Both the position numbers and the translations under genes were made by a program. Shown in pieces: positions 53,691-64,000 of a DNA stretch of 64,000 bases (positions are counted from its first letter, which is position 1; every line of letters begins with the position of its first letter). The notes beneath the pieces are model-generated. The model searched no databases. It saw nothing but the letters and a program-made list of their open reading frames with translations, and was not told the origin of the DNA. Origin of the DNA: Eledone cirrhosa (taxonomy: Eukaryota); assembly GCA_964016885.1 (NCBI GenBank), contig OZ024747.1, positions 93,248,001 through 93,312,000 on the forward strand. The letters are read 5' to 3'.

Positions 53691-54134
53691 TTAAGATAAT
53701 AAAAATTATATTTACATTGCAAAAAGAAAATGAGAAAATTCTTATCTATAGGTATATGAAGCAAGACACTTTGTTTCACATTGCTTTTTAGGATAAGACT
53801 GGAGACCTTATCACTAAAACACCAAAGAAACCTACAAGATGCAAACCTGCATAGGTGTTAGCTGTAAATTAAATATATTTGTTTTTATGAGTATACACTG
53901 GATATATGTATGTGTGCGTTTGTGTATTAGTGGTGACTAGTACTAGGACAACTACGGCTTAGACCAGTAGCCTCACTGTCAAGTCTGCCAACAACAGCTA
54001 TCTCAGAACACTACATACATACTTGACTTGTAATCTTTGCTCAGAAGTGCTGACTCAAGCTGACTCAAACTATTAAGAAAATAATCTCACAATTCAAGGA
54101 AATATAACGTTATTTCTAATTCATAGTGTATTCA

Positions 54135-55840
54135 TTTTTTTTTTTTTTTTTTTAAACACTTTAGTCCTTATTGTGTTGTATCAGATGAAAGAATGGTATT
54201 TAACTAATGTATTGGTACGCGATGGGGCCCACCCACAGCCTCGGCGGACAGAATGGAGAAGGCGTTTCCCCGGAGGACGGCAAGGGAGACGCGCTGGAAA
54301 AGCCACTCCAACTCACGGGGCTCACACCTGCGGCTGGCCAGCTAAGCGCCTATGGTGGTGAGTAAGGAGGTAGCCCTGGGGCCGAGGACACCAGAAGTCT
54401 CCACTGCCAAGGGAACGACCGCAAACCTGTCGGAGAGCGACCAGTATTTGAGGAGTTTGGCCCCCTCAGCCCGACGTGCAGCAGAACCTGGGTCAGTCGC
54501 AGACTGCACCAGGTTGCGGCTGCAGAAAGTGTCAGTGCAAGTGGCATCCCAGACGAGGGATTTGCCACCGCGGAACGAGAAGATGGCCATGCCATCTGGC
54601 CTTTTGCCGTCCCCTCGATCGAGCTCCACCGGCTTGAGCTGGGAAGGGAAGCCTGCAGCGTCCAAGCCATGCTTAATGACCTCATTGAGGGCAGCATGGC
54701 GTGAAATGCGGCCGGCACTGTGGCGACAGAAAAGCGGGTGGAGGCCGAAAGAGTCCACGGTGGAACCACAGCGACATTGGTGTGGCTGGCAGATCCGGAG
54801 GCCGAGCCTAAGGGAAACGCCGATTCGCAGGCTATGGTTGTCTAGCTGTGTGCCAGTGGAGAAGTAGGGCAGGGCATTGAGCCAGGCACCACTGTGGGGT
54901 TTGAAGGCCACAAGAAAACAAGCAAGGCGGTGCTGGTCGAGCTGGCGCGTGAGCCTGTCTGAGGCCAGGCTGCACTGGATGGCATCCCAAGTGCATTGGG
55001 GGGATTTGACGTCAACAGTGGGAGAAGGAGGAGGGACGTCTCCTGGGCTAAGTCCCAGCCAGTCCCACGTCTCACAGGCGGCCTCACGTTCTCTGAACAC
55101 AGAGGGTTCTGTTGTGTTTTGAAGAACCCTGCTGACGAGGACGCGGTACGAGGTTACCGACGAAAGATACGCCGGCAAAGCTAGTGAGATCGGGGACCGG
55201 AGGCCAAGGCCACCATACCTGACCGGTAAAGTGGCCTGTTGCCACCCTATGTCGTCAAACTTGACGTTGCATATCCCCTCGGCAGCTGCTCGGATACAAG
55301 TATCAAGGTCAGCGAGGAGAGATGTCTGGGTGTAACATGGAGCGCTGCGGAGTGTATAGAGGAGCTTCAGCAAGCCAAAGCAGTTCCTAAGCAGAAAGAG
55401 AGCTGGGTGGCTGTCAATCAAGCCCAGTCGGCTCGTGAGAGTCTGGAGCTGTTGAAGCCTGGACCCGATGGTGGAGTGGATGGCCGGCCGGTGGATCGGT
55501 GACCCGAGGATGAGGACATCCTCTTTGGGGGTCACCTGAACCTGGCGGAGAATGGACCACACGTCCAAGACGGAGGCTGCAAAGCTCGCAGCATCGAGGC
55601 TGACGTTCACTACCTCCGACTTGGCCGAGTTGACCTGGAGGCCGATTCCCGCCAGGGCAGGAATCACCGATTGAAGGTCTTGGCAGACCGTCCGTACAGG
55701 TCCGCCCAACATAGCATCATCCAGATACCAAACGTTGAGAGGGGCCGTGATACACCAGGCAATGTCGTCAATACCAAGGGCGAACAGGAGGGGTCCCAAA
55801 GGGTCGCCCTGTTGGACCCCAGTAGCCGAGGGTATGACCG
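54135..55840 (-). mobile_element. CRE-like non-LTR retrotransposon (RT C-terminal half, zinc knuckle, restriction-like endonuclease), 5'-truncated, poly(A) tail
   Basis: GVQQGDPLGPLLF and WYLDD RT motifs; LPVRYGGLG; CRCG..H...C..GR..RH..LN knuckle; RPDG..WDATC PD-(D/E)xK nuclease. Past the TAG at 54342-54344 the frame continues LEWLFQRVSLAVLRGNA. Poly-T at 54135-54153 on +. Markedly GC-rich relative to the flanks. Confidence 0.85.
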
Positions 55841-56404
55841 TTGAACAAAATTTAATGACCCTAACTACAGCTCATAAAATTTAGCTTGAGAAATGAACAA
55901 GCTATATATTCAAAAGGAGGTGAGAATGACAAAGTTAATACTTTTGGTGTCTTTAATCTATCATCACTAAGTCCAAATAACATTGATGAATTAGAGTCAC
56001 CACTAAGATAGATACATACATACATATTTGACTAACTCATGCAAACATGGAAAAATGGATGTAAAAAGAGCATCGATAATAATTGGTGGTTGTCTATGTA
56101 TATAGGAAAAAAGAGCTGATATACTGAACAGAATGCCAGGCAAAGATTACATACATATATATATCATCCATACATTCAACAGCATCCTAATACCCACAAT
56201 GCTAGTAGGTGAAACCAGAACAAAATATATATAAATTTTTTTTTTTTTTCTTATTTTCATAAAATCCCGTTAAGGATGAAAGCAGCGATTCTTTGCTTAA
56301 ACTTTAATCTGTTATTTTAATAAATATTTGTTCTATGGTTTTATATATTTTGATATATATATTATCCTTATCGAGCCCTCTTCGGATTTTAGTCTTCACA
56401 TTTA

Positions 56405-56782
56405 TTATTCCTTTCATCCTTACGGGGTCGATAAAATAAAGTACCAGTAATGCACTGGATAATTGCTGGCCTTGTGCCTAAAGTAGAAACAATTATTATT
56501 CCGAGGTTAACTTTGCCTTTCATCCTTATGGGGTCGATAAAATAAAGTACCAATTGCTGGCCTTGTGCCAAAAGTAGAAACAATTATTATTACTATATAA
56601 GTATCGGTAGAGGGTTGGACGCCATGCTTTCTAGCATAGAGTTACGTCCCTTTACGGTCTGAGTTCAAATCCCGTCGAGGTTAACTTTGCCTTTCATCCT
56701 TACGGGGTTGATAAAATAAAGTACCAGTAATGTACTGAGTATTTGCTGGCTTTGTGCAAAAAGTAGAAACAATTATTATTAC
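56405..56782 (+). mobile_element. Head-to-tail cluster of three truncated S2 SINEs
   Basis: Three successive units, each ending agtagaaacaattattatt (~56500, ~56590, ~56780). Confidence 0.85.
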
Positions 56783-56802
56783 TATATATATATATATATT
56801 AC

Positions 56803-56836
<34 letters not shown>

Positions 56837-57611
56837 GCGGCTGACAGTGAGTGTGTGTGAGAGAGAGAGGGGGGAGGGGGAATAGAGAGAAAACATAAAA
56901 AGAAAGAGGTGTATGTGAGAGGAGTAAACAGACACTGGAGGATTTCTGTCACATTTCAAACAACAAAAAGATTTAATCCAGTCAAGCTACTATAAACAAG
57001 TGCAAGTTCAGTGAGAAACACTGGATGAGTTCGATATGAGCTTCCCATTGGAATGTTTTCCCCCATCAAACCTATCAAAATTCTTTCCATTCCAACATGC
57101 TGACTCTCTTGTAGTAATAATAATAGCAAATGAATTTTTCTTCAGAAATCGATAAGGTTGAACGAAAGATTTGGGAACTGCTCCAGCCTGATCACTGACT
57201 GTCAGAGAGGATATAGCGTGTGGAGGGATAGGGTGGAGTGATGCAAAGAAGGTCGAGATGAAGAGATGAGAGTAAAGAGAAAGGCTGGTGATAACAAGTG
57301 AGAGTAATTAGAAGGGATTGGATATAAAGAGAATAAGTGAGGTAAAAAGACAGCATAGAAGCCTTAAAGCTACCAACCTGTATGTGGAAGAGAGAAAGGG
57401 GGAGGTAGGTGTGGAAGAGAGAGTGAAAAGGGAAAAAGAGAAAAAAGAGAGAGCGAGAGGGAGGAGGGAAGAAACAAGGGAAGAGAGAGGGGGAAAGAAA
57501 CAAGGGGAGAGAGCCAAAGAAGGGAAAGGAAGAAGAGAGATGGATAATGGATTTATGAAAATAGAGAATGAACAAGTGAGTGGAATTTGGTAGCCAGAGA
57601 ATGCGTGCGTG

Positions 57612-57651
<40 letters not shown>

Positions 57652-57728
57652 TGTGTGTGTGTAAATATACATATATACATACATATACACATATATACAC
57701 TCACATATACACACACACACATATATTC

Positions 57729-57830
57729 CCAGAATATAAAAGATCAAAATTGTGTCCTATCTTCAGGCGCTTATAAACTCGTGTAAGTGCGTGAAGATAG
57801 GTCACAATTTTGATCTCTTTTACATTCTGG
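57729..57830. repeat. ~100-nt hairpin-forming palindrome
   Basis: ccagaatataaaagatcaaaattgtgtcctatcttcaggcgcttata / aactcg / tgtaagtgcgtgaagataggtcacaattttgatctcttttacattctgg. Confidence 0.85.
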
Positions 57831-57959
57831 AGATATGGTCAATATTGGGCCTTGAAACCTTAGGTAGCACTTTTGTCCCGTGTATAAACATAAATAAATA
57901 ACATTTCTGCTCTCTTCCCAATTGAGCACTATTTTCCCTTTTCTCACCTACGGATATTG

Positions 57960-57997
<38 letters not shown>

Positions 57998-58624
57998 AAT
58001 GTATATCGGTGAAACATGTACACACCAGCAAAAAAAAACCAATAAACTGGTGCCCTTGAACAAAAATAGCCTGTGGTGGCTGTTCTGTCCGAACTACATA
58101 TACACTGATATGTGATGAACCAGTGATTGTGTTGCATTTTGTGAACAATAATGTCGTTGGACAAAGAAAAGATAATGCTGGAGCCACAATAAATGCACAC
58201 AGTACTTTCTGTAAAGTAGTTGGCATTAGCGAGGCAACCAACCATAGAAAGAATGGCTTCTGATTTAGGCACAAGGCCAGCAATTTTAGGGGAGGGGAAA
58301 GTCGATTAAATCACTCCCAGTGCGTGACTGATACTTTATTGTATCGACTCCGTAAGGATGAAAGGCAAAGTTAACCTCAGCGGGATTTAAATTCAGAACG
58401 TTAAGATCCATAAACTATGCCGCAAACTGACGCTCTATCGTAATGCCAAAAGGGTAGAGAGGACTCTTTAGTTACATTAAGGACACAAGCTCCCTGGGGC
58501 TGGACACCAAGATAAAATGTGGTTGGCGTTAGGAAAAGCATTCTGTAGTAGAAATCAGACCAATAATGAACATATCTGAGTGAGACACGGTCCATTGGGA
58601 GAAAGAGAGGGGGTGGGATAAGCA

Positions 58625-59030
58625 AGAGGAAGAGGGAGAGAGAGAGAATGAATGAGCATAAGGAGAATGAATGAGCATGCATGAGGGAGAGAGAGAGAGG
58701 GGGAGAACGAATGAGCATGAGGGAGAGGAAGAGAGAGAGAACGAATGAGCATGAGGGAGAGGAAGAGAGAGAGAACGAATGAGCATGAGGGAGAGGAAGA
58801 GAGAGAGAATGAATGAGCATGAGAGGAAGAGAGAGAGAATGAATGAGCATGAGAGGAAGAGAGAGAGAATGAATGAGCATGAGAGGAAGAGAGAGAATGA
58901 ATGAGCATGAGAGGAAGAGAGAGAATGAATGAGCATGAGAGGAAGAGAGAGAATGAATGAGCATGAGCGGGATAGAGAGAATGGATGAGCTTGAGGGAGA
59001 GAGCGAATGGATGAGCTTGAGGGAGAGTGA
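58625..59030. repeat. Purine-rich minisatellite, ~28-32-bp unit
   Basis: gaatgaatgagcatgagaggaagagagaga repeated >10 times. Confidence 0.92.
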
Positions 59031-60195
59031 GAGGACGAGAGAGAACGAATGAGTAAAAAGAGGGAAAGAATGGACGAGAGAGAGAGGGTGAGCGAGAAAA
59101 ACAATGGATGGAAAGAATGAGATATGGAATGTGTGAGCAAGACCAAGTCTGGGAATGACAAAGAATTAGCAAACAGGGGGCAGAAAATAGAGTGCATGCA
59201 CTAGAGAGGGGGGGGGTAGATTTGATAAGGTAAAGAGAGCAGTAACCAGGTATTAATAATTGTTTCTACTTTTGGCACAAGGCCAGCTATTACCCCAGTG
59301 TATTACTGGTACTTTATTTTATCGACCCCGTAAGGATGAAAGGCAAAGTCAACCTCGGCGGGATTTGAACTCAGAATGGCAAGGGCCGTAACTCAATGCG
59401 TCAAAGCATGGCGTCCGTGCACCAGAAATAAAGCCAAATGGTTTGAAAGGACAATTCAGCAGTTTCGAGAAGAGTTGGCTCAGCAGATCCAAAAATTGCC
59501 AAGAACTGTCTCCCAACAGTACAATAACAAATATACAAATGAACAAATACAAAAGTTTGTTATTGATTAATTCAAGCCTTCTTCACAGAAGAGTGCAATT
59601 GTCAGTTTTGTGATGGTAGGGAAAACGGAAGAGTGGAAATAATTCAGGTCACACCAGAGTGGAATTTTCTACCTTAGAGTTCAAAATCTCTCTCACACAC
59701 ACACACATACATACATACAACTAGAGTAACAACACATTTCACAAATAGAAATGGAACCACTAAGTGGTTGCTACACCTGCTACAAAAGGCAGTCGAAACT
59801 CCCTTGAATAACACATTGGATAAAGTGGTCCTAGATATAGTGTTCGAAAAAAGAAAAAAAAGAAATGGCCAAGGCTGGAACGTCTATTAATGTAGTTCTC
59901 AATTAGATTTGACCTGGGGCTAAACAACAACACATTTCGCGGTTTGTTGTGCAAACAATAAGCTTTCGGCGAGGCGATTTAGATTCTTAAATTAAGCCAT
60001 TTCGATTAACGCTACTAATGCAATTGAAAGAGGTATGGACGTCAAACAACCTCATTCCTCTTCCTTATAAATCTATGGTTCCGCTCTTCAGTAGGTGATC
60101 GATAATTTCTTTTGACCAAGTGCAAGACCAATTATTTTAATCAGTGTGGAGCGCAATCAATTAATTGCATATGACTGACCTATAACGGATAAAAG

Positions 60196-60410
60196 TCAGT
60201 TGTTTAGCCCAAGGTAATGCTGCTCAAGCGCAGACCCATATTCAAAAGCATTCCATTCCAGTCGTGACCATCCCAGTTTTTCCCTATAAGCAAGAAAACA
60301 CGAACCACACCTAACGTGTTATTTTTTTAAAGATGGTAGGATGTGACTTAAAGAGAATTTGGTTGCTATTTCTAGTAGATCGAGCTACCGCGTAGGGGTT
60401 CTCTAATGTT
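60196..60410 (-). mobile_element. Old interspersed repeat family S4 ending in gctaaacaac(aac)n; other copies near 7035-7205, 11330-11540, 31720-31900, 41218-41400
   Basis: Recurrent motifs gttgtttagccc, aagcattcca, gtgaccatcc, gatggtaggatgtga, gctatttctag. Confidence 0.65.
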
Positions 60411-61989
60411 TATTTTTTATTCACCATGAAAGGTGCATTCAAATATTTGAATCAAACTAAATACTGCGATGCATTTAGTTGTCTATTAATCACACACTCA
60501 TATATTTCTAACAAAGGTTATAAACCCAGAGAATGCTAGGAGAGAAATATAGTCGATTAAAACAACTTCACTAGTACTTATGTCAACGAATCCAAAAAGT
60601 TGAAAGCCGGAGACAGTGCTATTTGAACTCCGAATAAACCAAGCTGAACACAAACAACAAAGCATGATAAAATAGAATGCTAAATCATAAAAAATTGAAG
60701 TTGTGAAATTAAACACCGCAATGCATTTAATATAGCAGTTACTAATTAGTAGAAAGAAATCAAGCTCTACATTGGATTAATGGTGACAAAGATGTATCAA
60801 CAACCATGTATCTTGTCAGGACCACATCAGAAAAATAGCAGTTGACGTAAGCAATTCCTTTGCCGTGTATATGATTATTCAAGCCAATGCTAACTCATAT
60901 TGCTTTCCCTGTTTTATATATATATACAGGGTGTCCCAAAATATGTATACACACTTTGATTACCTGTACAAGCAATATTTATTAGGATGCTGTTGGTGTG
61001 TGTGACGCAAAGAGAACCTCCTGCCAACATATAAATGTGCGCACATACACACGTGTATGTCTACGATAGTAACACACGTGTTATGCATGCATCTATACAT
61101 TAGACATAGCAGTAGAAGAGAAAACTGCATGATTTCGATACCACTGTGACATCAACCAACCTGCTGCAGATATGCAAGGTGACAACACGCCTCGATGGCC
61201 ATCACCAACACTTTAAAAAGATTCACAGCAGAACCGATGCTTATATTTTAGTCTGCCGTTTAAAATCTTATTAAAAAAATATATATATATGCATTATATA
61301 CACTGCATATAACCATCATCACAACTACAACCACCGTACATAGTATTCACGTACTACTAACTACTACTACAGCTGCTAATAATGTGGTTGAATTAAATAT
61401 AAATGGTGGGTTGGTGCGTGTGGTGGAGTTTGGGTATCAATTATCAGATCAAGGTGGAATGAAAGCTCAACCACAACACGACCACTGTGTGTAGTTTTGT
61501 TAGTTTAACCTATAAAAAATACAGCGTGAATGGAATAAATGCTTGTGAACGGCCGTTTCACACCTAAACACAGCTATATATAAATATCCTTTCACACACA
61601 TGAACAGGAAACGCATTATATTTGTGTGTTGGCACATGTATTACGCATATATCGTAGAATCATACACAAGGCGCATATTTATACAGACATTCTAATAAAG
61701 CCACATGAAACTGTCAGAAGCGAATGTGAAAATAAAATAAAAAATGCCACATTTCTCTTTCACGGGTTTATCTCTTCAATAATGTTTGAGGAAAGATGTG
61801 ATGAGAAGTCGTTAAGAGTATAAAGAGTATATATGTGTGTGTGTGTGGTAACGAAAAGAGATAAGAAGGATGCTGGAAGAGAAAAAGACATACAGAAGGG
61901 GGCGAGAAGAAAGAATAATGGGGACTAGAGATAGAAATGCGATTCTGATGGGTTGAGAGAAACGAGGGAATTTCGAGTGATTGAGGAGA

Positions 61990-61992
<3 letters not shown>

Positions 61993-62047
<55 letters not shown>
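61993..62047. repeat. (AT)n microsatellite
   Basis: Direct observation; similar arrays at 19669-19711 and 48468-48503. Confidence 0.95.
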
Positions 62048-62049
<2 letters not shown>

Positions 62050-62324
62050 AGGTGAGTTCGAGAAAGGGAAAAGAAAAATGAGGAAAGATTAGAAAATGAG
62101 AGACCCTAGAGAGAAAATGAAATAAGCAATGTAGAGAGAAGATTTGAAGAATAAAGATGGTTAAAAGGAGAAGGAAAAAAGAGATAAATGTTTTAGAGAG
62201 ACGAAGATCACTTAAAGGGAAGAAGACTTGGGACGAAAGGAAAAGAAAGACCAATAGTAGTTGTATTAACAGAAGAAATGAGCATGTAAGAGAGCGCCAT
62301 GGAGATGTAGTAGGAGGTACCACG

Positions 62325-62347
62325 ACTGCCGGCGCCGCCATATTTTA
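62325..62347 (-). promoter_or_regulatory. YY1-like motif (GCCGCCATATT / AATATGGCGGC) in CpG-retaining unique sequence; candidate promoter/5' region
   Basis: ggcgccgccatatttt matches the CGCCATnTT consensus; the surrounding 62.3-62.5 kb is non-repetitive and rich in CpG. Confidence 0.35.
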
Positions 62348-63273
62348 TGTTGATTGCTCGGATTTGAGAAGGCAACATCTATATTTTTCTTGAAAACACT
62401 GTCAAAGAAACGAAACAGCAGTTTGCTTCGCATCGAACACAAATCCAACATTGCGGCGAGTGGAAACTTAGCAGCTGAGAATGAATGAGCGGCATCGAGA
62501 AAATTATTCCTAATATACCCGAAAGTATTATTGCCTTTGGGTGTGACATTAAGTGAAGATAGAGAGAGATGCATCAATATCTTCCTCACATCTAATGCCA
62601 CATGCAATAGTGAGCGAGCCATACCACCCTAACACAAACCATTTATCGCTGCCAGACATCCTCAATTGCTTGACTCTACTCGCTGCCATTATCTGTCATA
62701 TACATACATATATCTATCATCATTTTACGTCCGATTTTCCATGCTTTATATATATATATATCAAAGCAAACATCACGGACGCTCTATCTCAAAATTATTT
62801 TTGAACAGCATTAGAAATGCGCAACCGGTAAAACTTAAAACCAAAACTGAATACTAACCAATACTATTACTAATTCTCACTTATTCCTAATTAAACTATT
62901 TTTCACTGTGAACAATTTGTCAGCATTTTCTATTCCGTTTACCAATATATATATATATGAGAAATTATAGATGAGAGTAACGTTGGGTGCAATTATGTCT
63001 ATGTAAGTTGGGAGGGAGGGATCACAAAGCTCCAGGCCATCGAGTCACTAACTACTCGTTTGATAAAAATAAACATACTCTAGTTTATATATTCAATTAT
63101 TTCGCCAAATGATAGGTGTAAAAAAATAATAAATATCTAATGCACTAAAAGAAATCATTATCTGAAAGTGAAAATGAAACAAAATATAAAAGTGTACATA
63201 TATATATATATATATTTCGTTTCTGAATTTGTTTAGCAAGATTCTTTATCTGAAAACGTGTGTTGAAACCGAT

Positions 63274-63778
63274 ATTGTTATACTTTGGGAGGGTCATGTT
63301 GCCAATAAGAAACACACGCACCAGTTGCTTTCACTCCAATTTATTATAAATTAGATTTATAAATTTAAGAATTTATAAATTTCCAGTTGGTTGGTTCAAC
63401 AACCGGACGGTTGTTCATATATTGTCAAAGTTCTTTCGTCACATTCTGTGACCTCTTCAGTGACTGGAGATTCTTCTTTGTTTTGTGCCTCTCCTTTGTT
63501 GTCCTACGCCATCTTGTTTTTTCTTTTTTTTTTCAAAAAACAAGATAGCGTAGGACAACAAAGGAGAGGCACAAAACAAAAAGAAGAATCCCTAGTCACT
63601 GAAGAGGTCACAGAATGTGTGACGAAAGAACTTTGACAATATATGAACAACCGTCCGGTTGTGGAACCAACCAACCAATGGGAAATTTATAAATTCTTAA
63701 ATTTATAATAAATTGGAAAGAAAGCAACTGGTGCGTGTGTTTCTTATTGGCAACATGACCCTCCCAAAGTATAACAAT
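63274..63778. repeat. ~500-bp fold-back (inverted repeat, ~250-bp arms, short T-rich spacer), probably derived from a Penelope-like element
   Basis: attgttatactttgggagggtcatgttgcc... pairs with ...ggcaacatgaccctcccaaagtataacaat; centre near 63525. Confidence 0.92.
63595..63637 (+). ncRNA. Minimal type-I hammerhead-ribozyme-like motif (mirror copy at 63424-63464 on -)
   Basis: gtca-CTGAAGA-g-gtcaca(gaatg)tgtgac-GAAA-g(aa)c-T-T-tgac: stem I gtca/tgac, both core boxes, 6-bp stem II, minimal stem III. Confidence 0.5.
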
Positions 63779-64000
63779 GTATATATATAATACACACCCT
63801 ATACATATTTATATAATTAGATTGTTGAGGCTGGTCCAGTAGCCTGTTTGTAGTTTCCTTAGTAGAGATTATTAATCTTTATTGTGATAATGCAAACAAT
63901 ACTAACACAAGTTATATATATATGGATTGAGAGGACTAGAACTGTTTCATTCGGGAGAAATCATCAGGAAGCTGACTGTCCAAGTAATGTGGTGGTGTAT

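Noticed and set aside
54352-55502. Plus-strand ORFs overlapping the CRE element
   Set aside because: Antisense shadows of a GC-rich coding frame
58401-59197. Three overlapping 187-222 aa ORFs
   Set aside because: Stop-free frames produced by a GA-rich minisatellite
60962-61030. ATG-initiated mini-exon with an AG|gtaatc donor on the minus strand
   Set aside because: It ends in phase 1, incompatible with the phase-0 formin exon, and abuts a solitary Tc1-like TIR at ~60927
61203-61250. LFKVL|gtgatg resembling the end of FMNL exon 1
   Set aside because: In-frame stop 14 codons upstream with no start codon or acceptor
61925-62341. 138-aa ORF beginning MAAPAVV as formin exon 1
   Set aside because: It runs through CT-rich and (AT)n low-complexity sequence and lacks the MG start and RFxxVL end; the possible donor GTG|gtacct is weak

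Overview
AT-rich, repeat-dense eukaryotic DNA. The SINE/LINE content strongly resembles a coleoid cephalopod (octopod) genome; this is inferred from pattern recognition, not a database search. The only host coding sequence I can support is one 84-nt, phase 0/0 exon on the minus strand (10537-10620, [28 protein letters not shown]) of an FMNL/FRL-type formin. Most of the window is therefore probably its very large flanking introns; I did not find the neighbouring coding exons. These introns hold 5'-truncated LINEs of several clades (two RTE copies, one nearly intact; Rex3/Expander-like RTE; CR1; and a GC-rich CRE-type element with a restriction-like endonuclease). They also hold several tRNA-derived SINE families, three TTAA (piggyBac-type) MITE families, Tc1/mariner and hAT MITEs, non-autonomous Helitrons, fold-back palindromes and many micro/minisatellites. 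The most interesting signals are: a ~500-bp fold-back carrying a minimal hammerhead-ribozyme-like motif in each arm, a SINE-LINE 3'-end partnership visible inside the window, paralogous empty sites proving MITE and Helitron insertion rules, inverted young repeats flanking the formin exon, and a CpG-retaining, YY1-motif-bearing right end that may be a promoter. Most short ORFs in the track are spurious.
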